Source: Amoeboradix gromovi X-113 | Lineage: Eukaryota; Fungi; Sanchytriomycota | Length of the DNA stretch: 32,000 nt | NCBI GenBank assembly: GCA_018985225.1 | Contig: JADGIF010000013.1 | Location: 1 to 32,000, forward strand | Reading direction: 5' to 3' | Shown here: piece after piece, positions 9,477 to 19,968 of the stretch | How the letters are laid out: every line of letters starts with the position of its first letter | Numbering within the stretch: the first letter of the stretch is position 1 | Made by a program: the position numbers and the translations under genes | The notes under the pieces: model-generated | Told to the model about the DNA's origin: nothing | What the model saw: only the letters and a program-made list of their open reading frames with translations | Database searches by the model: none

Positions 9477-10508
9477 ATGCGAGGTTTACTTTTCAAAGAG
9501 TTTGGCAACCCTAAAAGCGTTTTAACTTTTTCTGAGTCCTTAGTTAAACCGCAGGTTAAAAGCAATGAAGTGCTTGTTAAAATTTTGGCATCGCCTATTA
9601 ACCCATCAGATGTGAATCAAATCGAAGGCGTGTACCCGGTTTTGCCATTCAAAGACTCGGATACTTATACTCCTGGGAATGAAGGATCTGGTAGAGTGGT
9701 AGAAGTTGGAAATGATGTAAGTGGGATAAAATCAGGTGATCATGTCATTTTTGCAGCGTATGCAAAAGGCACTTGGCGTGAGTATGTCTGTGCTACTGCT
9801 CAGGAATTGATTAAAGTCGATGCTAGATTAGACCCCAAGAATGCAGCTATCTTATCTGTAAATCCCTGTTCTGCTTACAGAATGCTTCGTGACTTTGGCG
9901 ACAACAAAGTTCTTATCCAAAATGCTGCAAACTCAGGCGTTGGGCAGATGGTAATACAAATGGCTAAATTAAAGGGGTTCAAGACTATAAACATTATAAG
10001 AGATAGACCAAACGTTTCTGAATTGAAACAAGAACTGACTGCATTGGGTGCTGATTTTGTTTATACTGACGAAGAATTGGAAACTAAGGAAACGACTGAC
10101 TTCATCAAAAATTTAAAACCTACGCTGGCGTTAAATGCAGTAGGTGGAAAGAGTGCCACAAACATTAGCAGAGTATTGGATCAAAATGGCCAGATGGTCA
10201 CTTATGGTGCGATGTCTAAACAACCTGTAAGTCTACCTGTTGGTTTGTTGATATTCAAAAACATTTCGTTTAAAGGGTTTTGGATGACTCAGTGGAGTAG
10301 TAATCATTCCTATGATGAGAAACGAGCGATGATCGAAGAAATTCAAAATTTGGCAATTACCGGGGCACTGAAGTTTCCAAAAGTTAGGGAGTTTCATATA
10401 AGGAACTTCCATGATGCGTTTGAAAAAGGCGACAAGGCCTTGTTTACATGGGAGGACGAGAACGATAAGATTCATTCATCTAAAATCTTTAATAAACAAA
10501 TCTTATGA
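9477..10508 (+). CDS. ETR1: Trans-2-enoyl-ACP/CoA reductase (MDR family, mitochondrial FAS type)
   Basis: ASPINPSDVNQIEGVYP (catalytic Tyr), GNEG, VNPCSAYRML, QNAANSGVG, LALNAVGGKS, TYGAMSKQP, LIFKNI.FKGFW. Confidence 0.9.
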   Translation: MRGLLFKEFGNPKSVLTFSESLVKPQVKSNEVLVKILASPINPSDVNQIEGVYPVLPFKDSDTYTPGNEGSGRVVEVGNDVSGIKSGDHVIFAAYAKGTWREYVCATAQELIKVDARLDPKNAAILSVNPCSAYRMLRDFGDNKVLIQNAANSGVGQMVIQMAKLKGFKTINIIRDRPNVSELKQELTALGADFVYTDEELETKETTDFIKNLKPTLALNAVGGKSATNISRVLDQNGQMVTYGAMSKQPVSLPVGLLIFKNISFKGFWMTQWSSNHSYDEKRAMIEEIQNLAITGALKFPKVREFHIRNFHDAFEKGDKALFTWEDENDKIHSSKIFNKQIL

Positions 10509-10552
10509 TTGTACCATCCATTTATTTGTGGTTCTATAATAATGAGCCCATT

Positions 10553-11492
10553 CTCCTCGTTAAAAGACCTGATTTCCGAGAAAATCGAGAATTTCCATAG
10601 AGAAACTAGAAGTGCTAGATGCTCCGTTACAGTGATTGCTCACGCTTTCACTACCCCGGGGCGGGATTGAATAAGGATGCAGATACTTGATGTATTTGTT
10701 CCTTGCTGCCATATGATTTCTACTGTTGCACACGTGGTAAGAGTAACCACAAGAATTAATAAATAAATGGTTTGCAGCCTTATTTATCGTTGATCTCTTT
10801 CCAGGCATTGAAAGACATTTAATTGTTCCATGTTTGGACCAGTTCCTCAACGTTGATCAATTTATGCTCTACCTATTACTTATTTCTTTAGATTTGATTT
10901 ATCGTTAGTGAAAAGGAAGAATATCTAGTATTTAAGCTGTTGCAAAATCTGGAAAAGTCTTGAAATTATACAAAAATGCATACTAATTGGTGATAAATGA
11001 TTTATTCAAGACAGCAATCGAGCTGCATGTGTTTGTGCAATAGACTGATGTGCTTTTCTTGTAATAAGAATGTTAGTAGAAGAGAATTAAACCATGTATT
11101 GAAATCGCTGTAAAAAATCAGCGTAACTAATAATTTTTGTTATACACACCAAGGGTTTGTTAGTTGCAAAGCCCAGTGCTGTAATTCTACATACTAGGCA
11201 GGCATTGAACTTTGCAAAATAAATCATTAATCGAGAATCTGTATGTATTTCTATACAATCGCATGACTTTTCTAGATTTTTCAAATACCTAATGCTCGAT
11301 ATTCTCCATTCAGACTCAAGGTACATGCAATCAATAGGTGCAGTCCTGAACATGTCAAATCTAAAGAAACAGCTAATAGCTGTAGTATACATACATAAAC
11401 GTTGAGGAACTGGCCCAAACATGGAAGAATTAAATGTCTTTCAATGCTGGAAAGAGATCAACGATAAATAAGGCTGCAAACCATTTATTTAA
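10553..11492. mobile_element. Family-2 long-inverted-repeat element, copy A (left arm intact, right arm lacks its outer ~200 bp)
   Basis: 10760-10854 is a near-perfect inverted repeat of 11398-11491, with degenerate pairing continuing to about 11007/11218. 10553-10750 matches 24336-24595 and the reverse complement of 26760-26968. No credible ORF. Confidence 0.8.
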
Positions 11493-11652
11493 TAAATTAA
11501 TTAACTGCTAAATTCTGGGAAGCGAGCGTATTGGAGCGATAAGATTCATGTATCGTGGCAAATTTTGTATTCTACTGAAACTGAGAGCTGCATATGATCG
11601 GCAGTTGTTAGCGAACTAGACGTAAATTTAATTCAATCTATTTATTGCCGAG

Positions 11653-14600
11653 CTAACTATTGTTAAACACATCTACATATTTAGTTCTTCTCTTACTTTT
11701 TCCTCTGCTTAGTCCTTCGCCTGCTAGTAAGTTCAGTCCTGGTATTTCTACACTTCCTTCTAGTGTACTGTTGTTACTCCTGGTTGGCGCTATACTATTG
11801 TTGCTACTTTGGTTTGATTTGCTTGCTTTTGGTGGCATAATTACTTTTGGTTGCTCTATGCTTTGTTCAATCTACATTAGTTAGTGTTACATTTGGATTT
11901 ACCCATTTCTGCAGTTTCTCATCGTAATAAAAACTTGATTTCTCCCCCAAATCTGCATTTACAGGTTTAACCTTTGTTGCAGTGTCCTTATTTCCTGCAC
12001 CAAAACTAAAAATACCTTTTAATGTGCTAAAGTAGCCTGCCTTTTCATCCTTTTCATTTTTCTCATCATCCACGTCTACATCCTGCTCGGTATTTTCAAC
12101 AATCTGTTGTGCCTGTTCTATTATTGGTGAAGGAGGTACTTCAGCTGAAGTCTGCGCACCAGAAAGAAATTGTTGTGGCAGCTGAGCCTGATTTGGCATC
12201 TGAGGCATTTTGTTCTGATACACGTTTACTGGTTGTGCTTGAGTCACTGGTTGTACTTGAGCCACTGGTTGTGCTTGAGTCACTGGTTGTACTTGAGCCA
12301 CTGGTTGTGCTTGTGATAAATGATATACTGGCTTTTGGTTTCCCTTGGTCTGCTGTGCTTGGTGTCCCTGTATTCCACGCTCAACTTGCACAACCTCGTA
12401 ATAACCCATCCTCTCTTCGTCACTTCCGCTTATCAACACTTCCAATTTGTTATATATACTCTCCTTTATCCCGTTGTTCTTGTATTTTAGAATTCCCATT
12501 AATCTGTTCATTCTACTGCTTGCGACTGCGCCAATAACTAGCCTATTCTGATTTCTATTCAAGTATTCAATCATAATTGTACATTCCTTAACATACCCAC
12601 ATTCTAGCAAGTGGTATGCTGCATATATCAACCAGGGTCCAATATTGCTAACCGCAGGTATCGGTGCTGTTGCCGATGTTGCCGATGTAGGAGTAGGAGG
12701 TGTGTTTGTTAGCGAATCTACGATCATCCCCACGACTATTCCCTCGTCGTCCATTCGTATGCTCATCTTATTGCTCAGTATTCCCATTAAAAAGTAGTAT
12801 TCTTCATTTAAGTCTTTAATAAACTCGCTGACTGCATCTGTGCTGTTGTATAATAAACTGATCTTTATTACACTGGCTGCTAATAGTTTGATATCGCTTG
12901 CAGCACTAGTGTTTCTGGCATCCGCTAAAAGCAGCTTAACAGCATCTGTAGGGTAGTTGTTCATCAATAAGAGCAAAAAGTGGAATACTGTGACAGACGA
13001 GTCATTTGCATCCAATTGGGCTGGCATTTTCATTCCACTCGCTAATATCTTTGGCAGCATGTCCCGGTCTACCATTAATCCATAAACATAGTAGCTGTTT
13101 TTAATTAGCAGTTGAGATGCAGCCAGCTTATTGTTGTTTAATATCAACATGGTACACTGATTAAATAACGGGTTGGTAATAGAAATAGTGGCAGACTTGA
13201 AATAATCAGTTATAGTGGCATATAGTGATTTATTAGATGCGATAGAAGATGATATGAGAGTATACAAAAGATTATAAGGACTGTTCGTGTTATTGCTAGC
13301 GGATTTGCTTTTTATGTAGTCGCTGATGCTCTTGTTATTTACACCTTTTTGTAGCAGCAATACCGTGTTGCGTGCATTGGCATGCAACAATGAATCAACA
13401 CTGAGAGCTTTTATCTTCTTAGAAATGGATATACAGTTACCAAGAGGATTGAAGATGGATAACAGACCAGACAAAGGAGCGTATAATTTAGATTCAGGGG
13501 CAGGTTCTTTGGATTCAAGAACACTTGCTTTGGATATACGGGATGTAGGTACTTTCGTGATAGGAGGAATAGCTGGAGTGCTAGCCGTAATTACAGCTAC
13601 TAGCCGTGTACCGCATTCACAACAAAACTTGGCATTCTTTATGTTGTTGAATTTACAGTTACTGCACGTGTTATGGTCAGTGTTGTTATTGTTCTCGTGG
13701 GCAATCCAGCTACTTTGGTATTCCTGATGTTCGTGCTCGTTTTCAGTAGCATTATTACCAGTATAATCAGTTGTATCATTAGAATAATCAACATCATCTA
13801 TCCAATTACTCTGGAATTGAGAGGGGTTTTGATACTCTGGGTACTCTTGTTGATCTTTAGGATACTCTGGATACTCTTGCTGATCTGCGGTATACTCTGG
13901 GTACTCTAGCTGATCTGGTTCTGCAGGATAGTCTTGTTGATCTGCCGGGTATTCTGTATAATCCTGATGTTCTGGTTCTGCAGGATAGTCTTGTTGATCT
14001 GCAGTATACTCTGGGTACTCTAGCTGATCTGCAGTATAAGCTGGGTACTCTTGTTGATCTGCAGTATATTCTGGGTACTCTTGCTGATCTTTAGGATACT
14101 CTGGGTACTCTTGCTGATCTGCGATATATTCTGGGTACTCTTGCTGATCTTTAGGATGCTCTGGGTACTCTTGTTGATCTGCAGAATACTCTGGATACTC
14201 TTGCTGATCTGCAGAATACTCTGGATACTCTTGCTGATCTGCGGTATACGCTGGGTACTCTTGTTGATCTGGTTCTGTAGGATATTCTGGATGTTCGTTA
14301 TGGTCTGTAGGATACTCTGCGTGCACTTTCTGGTCCGTCGATCCGTTGAATTCTTGCTGGTCCAGTAATCCATTAAACCCCTGGTGCTCAAGTCCTTCAG
14401 GAGCATTATTGCCATCATATTCGTAGTATGCCTGATCATATTGTTCTGCAATTTTGTTCTCGCCATTTTGCTGCTGCGTGTTGCTAGAATCACCAAGAAC
14501 CGTGTCACTATCTATCATAGTTTCATCTTGATATATGTTAAGGTAGTCATCAAATTTCGGTTGCTCTTCAAAAACATGATTTATCTGATTCTGCTCCTCC

Positions 14601-16690
14601 AAAACCTGCTCTTCAAAGACTTTGTTTTCCTCCTCTAATTGCTCTTGTTCATCATAGTTTTGCTCAGTTTCTTCTTCCGACTTTGTGGCTTTTTCCTGAT
14701 CTGTTTGCTCATCTTCTTGATCCAGCCGATCCTCGTCCACATACTGATCAATGTGATCTGCAATTGTATCTCTCTTGGTAACATTATTTAAACTGTCTAT
14801 TGTATCACCTCCATCAATATTCCAAATGCTCTGATGCAAAACCTTGCCGGATTCTGATTCAATCGAATTAAACGGGTTATCGTTGTTTAGCTGTGTATTA
14901 CTGTATTCATCATACTGAGTGTCAAATGCAACATCTAGTGGATCAGAGACAACATTTATAGGTTTAGGAAGAGCAGCGTTTGGATTGATAATGGTGTTGT
15001 ATTTGTCGTTATCTTCCATATCAGTCACATCATGGCTAAACAGCTCTTTGGAACTGTTAGTTACCTTGGCGTGAATATCCTGATCTAAGTCAGGCGAGTT
15101 ATCAATAACATATTCATGAAATGCTTCAAGGCTATTCATTCTGCTCGCAGATGTGTGATGTGGTGGTGATATAGTAGAATGCGTGCTACGGACGCTGGAG
15201 TTGGATTTGACACTAGTACGATGGTTACTAGTATGAGGTACGAAAGATGAATCATTGTTGAATATGTCAGGGCCATCTGTAATAGTGTCCAACGTATTAT
15301 CCCATAAGTCAGGAATGACAGGATTGCTATTGCTATCATGATTGGGAACTGTCCAGTTGGTATCCCATAGATCTGGTTTCTTAACCTCTGCCTTTGGTTG
15401 CATGACAACAGACTCTCTTTTAGAAAAACCAATAGTTGGAGTGATGTCTACTGGTAATTTCTTAGAACTCTCAGTTTCATTAGCAGAATAGTTGGGTTTC
15501 GCAGGAAGAGGTTTGGAGTGTTCTGCTTTCAATGGTGAATACTGAACGTTGTGTTCTATTTGATCCACAACTGTTTTACTAGAATTATCCGCGGGAGAAT
15601 TAAACGTGTTAGCATGGCGCTCATTAGCGGCCCTAACAGGAAGAGTTTTGATAAGTTCGGCAGTGCGTGGTGATTTCAGCTCATTTGGGGACTTGGGTAG
15701 CACAAGTTGATTAGGTCTGGTAGTAGTTGTGCTAGACTTGTGGGAATCACTCACAGAGAAGTGCTTGGAATTAGTGGAGGTGGTAATAAAAGTCGAATCT
15801 GCTGATTTAACTGGTTCATTAACTAATTTAGACTTCGCTGGTTCACCCTCTGGTTTAACCGATGCCTTCTCGGTTGATGCAGCTCTCTTAGCCTTGCTCT
15901 CCATTTTTATAGAATACTTTTCTATTGTTGAATCATTTTTAGTAAGCTTATTATCATCTTTTGTATAATCAATACTATCCCAATTAGAGGCGTTCTCCCA
16001 GAGATTGGAAGGTGGAGAGTGTCGAGGAATTTTGTCAACTGTTTTGAATGGATTTGGAGACTCAGGAGACTTAACAGTAACGCTTTTATTCCAAGAATTA
16101 TTCGTGTCCCAGAGATCAGAAGAAGTAGGAATAGGTATGCTTGAAGTGTTGCTAATTTTGTTACTTGTTTGCGGATTACTGATATCTTCATTGGAAGAGG
16201 ACGGATTGTTAGCCATTCGCTGTTTCTTTAACTTAATTCTGTCACTCAAAGATAACTTCTGTTCCGCTAGTTTATTACGCGAAGAAGGAATTGGTTTAAA
16301 TGGTATATCGGGGACCAAGTGACTTGCGTGTTCATTTATGGGGTTGTTGTTGATATTAGCAGCAGGATTAGATGAAGGGAGGTTGGATGGCTTGTTAACA
16401 GGATAATGAAGTGGAATTTGAGCTTTACTAGGTTCATTGGGCTTAGCAGTGCTGGAAATTGCACCACTGCTAGTGTTGCTAGTAGGTAGAGGATTAGATT
16501 TGGGAAGGGATTTGTTATGTTGAATGGCTAGATTTGCAACAGGGTTTACGACTTTGGATTTACGAATATTCAATGTTGATTTGTCTAGCTCGATAGGATT
16601 CGTAATATTTTGCTGTTTAATTGGAGACTTTATATTTAAACTAGAATCAAAGTGCTTATCAAATTGGTTAAGCCAGTCGTCGTTATCCAT
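11653..16690 (-). CDS. SEC16: COPII scaffold Sec16-like protein; exons 16690-11891 and 11871-11653, about 1672 aa
   Basis: C-terminal ADLGEKSSFYYDEKLQKWVN and, after the intron, KRRTKYVDVF match the Sec16 C-terminal signatures (LGEENxFYYD..KRWV; RSRYVD). Long disordered N-terminus. The ATG at 16690 (MDNDDW) is preferred because the ORF-track start overlaps the upstream gene. Confidence 0.8.
11872..11890 (-). other. 19-nt spliceosomal intron GTAACACTAACTAATGTAG
   Basis: GT..AG ends with a CTAAT branch point. Removal joins NPN|IEQSIEQ in frame to the 11653-11838 ORF that carries KYVDVF. Confidence 0.85.
12228..12312 (-). repeat. Coding 18/36-nt tandem repeat (AQPVAQVQPVTQ)
   Basis: actggttgtgcttgagtcactggttgtacttgagcc repeated about 2.3 times. 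Confidence 0.85.
13830..14320 (-). repeat. Coding ~30-nt minisatellite, roughly 16 units of DQQEYPEY(T/S/P)(A/K)
   Basis: Tandem ctgggtactcttgytgatctgcagtata-like units with occasional variant units. Confidence 0.9.
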
Positions 16691-16743
16691 TGAAACTGTG
16701 TGTAGAAAAATATAATTTAAGCTAAATTTGTAGAAGATAAGAT

Positions 16744-17367
16744 TTATTGAAGCATGTGAATCGAAACATAAGATATAATGATCGAAGCCGATGAAGCACT
16801 GCTGTAGTAGGTGTCTGCAGTTTCCTGAGGATATGGGGAACTTTGGTATTCCGTTTGAACTGGAGCATCTTGTGCACAAGGTTCAGATTCGGCAGACTCT
16901 GGAGAGAGGTTTGAAGGCTTATGAGGCTCAGGATTAGGGATATCTATATGTGTGTCCTCTACTTCAGCTATTGGAGTAGGTGGTTTGTAATCATAACCAT
17001 TTGTCGGTTGAACTTCTGGAAGTTGTTCCGGTTCTGCATGTGTCTCTGGAATAGCTTCTGGGAGTATCTCTGGAATAGGTACCGGAGAAGAGTGAATTGG
17101 CTCTACTTCTGGTGCGGATTCCGGTTCTGTTTCCGGTGAGTGTTCTGGCTCTAGTTCAGGTGCAGCAGTATGCTCCGGCTGTGGTTCATATACCTGGCTT
17201 GGCTCTGGCTCATATACTTGAGATGGTTTTGGATAATCTTCCTGGGCATCTTGGACTTCAGGGATATATTGATGCGGTACCGGATATCGTCTGGTTGGAT
17301 ATGTGTGACTTGGATAGTCATTGTGAGCGTAGTCATTACTATAAGCTGCTACTAAGGTGTAAAGCAT
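16744..17367 (-). CDS. Secreted, possibly GPI-anchored, Pro/Glu/Tyr-rich protein; probable relative of 7701-8081
   Basis: 207 aa; starts MLYTLVAA, has PE repeats, ends YYSSASSASIIISYVSIHMLQ. AATAAA overlaps the stop. Confidence 0.75.
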   Translation of the reverse strand: MLYTLVAAYSNDYAHNDYPSHTYPTRRYPVPHQYIPEVQDAQEDYPKPSQVYEPEPSQVYEPQPEHTAAPELEPEHSPETEPESAPEVEPIHSSPVPIPEILPEAIPETHAEPEQLPEVQPTNGYDYKPPTPIAEVEDTHIDIPNPEPHKPSNLSPESAESEPCAQDAPVQTEYQSSPYPQETADTYYSSASSASIIISYVSIHMLQ

Positions 17368-17449
17368 ATCAGTTTGTTGAGTACGCTTTGATTTCTATTT
17401 AAGTATTTCCAGTTCTGCGACTGTCTGAGAAACCTGTTACTATTCCTGT

Positions 17450-17625
17450 TTTTAAGATTTGACACCTATTATTGGAAACCAATTTGCCTCGTGCCTTCGA
17501 CCAGACGGTATCAGGACTTTGTACCCTCAATAGGAATCTCGTATTAAGTTTGAAATATTTTGTTCTCAGTTTCAAACACGCTCCGCAGCTTTTGCTGTTC
17601 AGACTCACTACAGACAATTCTTTTT
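17450..17625 (-). pseudogene. Frameshifted homeobox relic
   Basis: Three frames join to KRIVCSESEQQKLRSVFETENK / YFKLNTRFLL... / NWF-SNNRCQILK. This corresponds to the homeodomain N-arm, helix 1 (L..F), the N.YP loop and helix 3 (WFxNxR). At least two 1-nt indels in homopolymer runs are needed. Confidence 0.5.
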
Positions 17626-17983
17626 TGTATGGTATGGTTTCACCTTTGCGCTAAGACTTTGATTTCTTAGCTTTTCAAGCGCTTTATGGACGCTAAGAAT
17701 AGGTATAATGCCGGCTTTTAATCTCCCAGCGCTCAGTTATTGAAAAGTTACAATTACGCAATCTTGAGTATGTATGATCAAGCATTTTTTATACGTACTC
17801 GATGTAAAATTTTTTACCCAATGTTAACTAAATCATTTAGAATCTTCATTTTAGCATAATGTAGCTGTTTTACCCTAATTTGCGCGAAAGTGATAAGATA
17901 GATTAATTTTATTGATACTCTATTGAGAATTGAGATTTTAATTCAATTTGTGGTGGTTGTTTCTCTGTGAAACTGATCCTTAT

Positions 17984-19903
17984 ATGTTTCGCAATATTGC
18001 AGTTGCTGAATATACTCGTAAAATCATAATAATTCCATATAACATAGCTGTTCATAATCAGCTCAGTAAATTGTATGTTCCAAGAGATGTTGTGCTTGTA
18101 TTGGTATATGATTTTAGATGTAAAAGTCCTTGGCCTGTAATTCAGAAGTTAGTTTGGAATGCCAATCCACTTTTAGATCACTTCAATTTTGATAGGATTC
18201 AGATATTGTATAAAAATGTTATAGTTTGTAATGCTGATACCAATAATTCTGATGTTTATGGATTGCTTCTTGGCTATTTTAGTTCCTTCAAAGTACCAAT
18301 TTATTGCAGGTTTCCGACTACGATTAAAAGCGAGCTATATAATGAAATTTTTAATTTATTTCATTTTCTGTCTATAAAATCTAACTTATACCATTTAATA
18401 TTTGATATGCCATTAGATTCGCAGTATTTGACTTTTAGAGAATTCTTATATGAGCCCAAATTAGCTTGCGATTTTAAAAGTTTTTCAGTAAAGAACGTGT
18501 CTCACTTCCTCAGTAGATTGCTTCAATCGCATAGTCTGATCTGTAATTTTGATTCGTTTCAATTAAAAGCTAACAATTATTATGAGTTTATTCAAAGTGC
18601 TTCGCACTCTTCATCGTCCTTGCTTCGAGATGATGATTATCCTAGATCACTCATTAATTTGAAAGAATTCAACGACATTAATTTCAAAGCAAACAAATTT
18701 CAGGCAATTATTTATAATTCATCTGATAACAAGATTCTGGGAAATTCCATAAGCATAGGTGAATATACTTTCCAGTCTTGCTTGTTCTCTTGTGATAATA
18801 TTGCAAAAACTGCTTCGTTAGCAAATCTATTCATTTCTCAACTGCTTATTAACTGTTTTCTAAAATTCAAATATTTCCAAGGCTTTAAATTTTACCTTGA
18901 TGGTGTATTTGGTCTTAACCATGATCCAGCTCTTTATATTAAGTGTTTCAAACTTGCGGCTTCGAACGATTTCTTTTTCAGTCCCTCTAAATATGTACAA
19001 CTCGCAAGTCAGTATCTTGCAAAACACAATGCTGGCAACTTGGAATTTACATTTACCAAAAATGATCAGCGATTTGGATACTTCTCGTGCACTCTAACTA
19101 TAAGTTCATTGAAATATTCCAACCATTGCAATTATTTTATTAGTAAAAGTAAGTGCCGTCAGAATTTGGCTAAACAATTTTGCACTCAGTATGCTGTTCT
19201 TAAATTTATGTATGACAGCAACTCAAATATCATTCAGGCTAGAGAGCTTAACATTCCACAGGAAGATTTAAGAGAGAGAATAAATGCTTTACCATGTGCT
19301 CAGCTTTCAATCCCAAACAGCAAAAAGAGGAAGCAGAGCAATAACGAGAGTGATATTATATTAAAAAGGTTGAAGAAAAGTATCGTGGTCCCAGCAGGCC
19401 TAACAAACCATTGGAAAAACGAAGAATCTCAGAGCAAAATTCAAGGATTAAATCAAATTCAGTTAAATAATTGGCATGCAAAACCAGATAGAAAAATTAT
19501 TCAGCCTGCAGTTACAAATTCTATGGTTAATAGCACAGAAAGGATGCTCATGTGCAACAAAGACACTCGGCTTGACAATTTGAAAACGTTCCAAGACCAA
19601 GAAAAAACTCTAAAAAACCCAAAAATTCAAAACGCTACAAGGCTTGAGTTTCAAAAGACCCTTAATTTTGTAAAACAAGACAGTTTTAACATGAACCTCT
19701 TAAGTAAAATTGAGGTAGGGCTGCTATACAGATTGTACATAATTAAATATCCAATGGAATATACAAATAACTTTGAGTATTTGAAGAAGTTTGTAAATGT
19801 AGAATGGGAAACTGTTTGCGAGAAAGAGAAATTGGAATATTGGAGATACACTCTTGCAATAAAAATGGCAGAAATTTATAAAAAAATTATCAATAGTAAA
19901 TAA
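17984..19903 (+). CDS. Hypothetical protein with dsRBD-like domain(s) and a C-terminal HMG-box-like segment
   Basis: First ATG at 17984 (639 aa). KYVQLASQYLAK..EFTF..YFSCTLTI..SKSKCRQNLAKQF fits the dsRBM pattern. YRLYI...LKKFVNVEWETVCEKEKLEYW fits HMG helices 2-3. KKRK is NLS-like. Confidence 0.6.
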   Translation: MFRNIAVAEYTRKIIIIPYNIAVHNQLSKLYVPRDVVLVLVYDFRCKSPWPVIQKLVWNANPLLDHFNFDRIQILYKNVIVCNADTNNSDVYGLLLGYFSSFKVPIYCRFPTTIKSELYNEIFNLFHFLSIKSNLYHLIFDMPLDSQYLTFREFLYEPKLACDFKSFSVKNVSHFLSRLLQSHSLICNFDSFQLKANNYYEFIQSASHSSSSLLRDDDYPRSLINLKEFNDINFKANKFQAIIYNSSDNKILGNSISIGEYTFQSCLFSCDNIAKTASLANLFISQLLINCFLKFKYFQGFKFYLDGVFGLNHDPALYIKCFKLAASNDFFFSPSKYVQLASQYLAKHNAGNLEFTFTKNDQRFGYFSCTLTISSLKYSNHCNYFISKSKCRQNLAKQFCTQYAVLKFMYDSNSNIIQARELNIPQEDLRERINALPCAQLSIPNSKKRKQSNNESDIILKRLKKSIVVPAGLTNHWKNEESQSKIQGLNQIQLNNWHAKPDRKIIQPAVTNSMVNSTERMLMCNKDTRLDNLKTFQDQEKTLKNPKIQNATRLEFQKTLNFVKQDSFNMNLLSKIEVGLLYRLYIIKYPMEYTNNFEYLKKFVNVEWETVCEKEKLEYWRYTLAIKMAEIYKKIINSK

Positions 19904-19968
19904 CATGATCAAATGACACAAATATCGCAACTCTTTCGTCATTTCGCGCAAGGAGCTTAAGAGCCGAT

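Noticed and set aside
10560-10563. TTAA next to the family-2 ends (also 26957-26960, and TTAT at 24342) as a piggyBac/Kolobok/Sola3-type TSD
   Set aside because: Similarity between copies continues past it (cctcgttaaaag in A and C, cttgttataag in B), so TTAA is internal. The true terminus and TSD are unresolved.
10560-11422. ORFs 10560-10850 and 11087-11422 and their twins at 24432-25001 as a small gene family
   Set aside because: They are translations of the non-coding family-2 repeat. Frames are not preserved between copies and no protein motif is present.
13830-14320. Regular ~30-nt repeats resembling a CRISPR array
   Set aside because: There are no unique spacers, the units are contiguous and in frame within SEC16, the context is eukaryotic and there are no cas genes.
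16691-16879. N-terminal 63 aa of the 1670-aa ORF
   Set aside because: It has a non-ATG start and overlaps the upstream secreted gene. The first ATG is at 16690.
17510-17519. 10-nt match (aagtcctgat, minus strand) to the family-2 end
   Set aside because: It is too short, has no flanking similarity and is plausibly chance.
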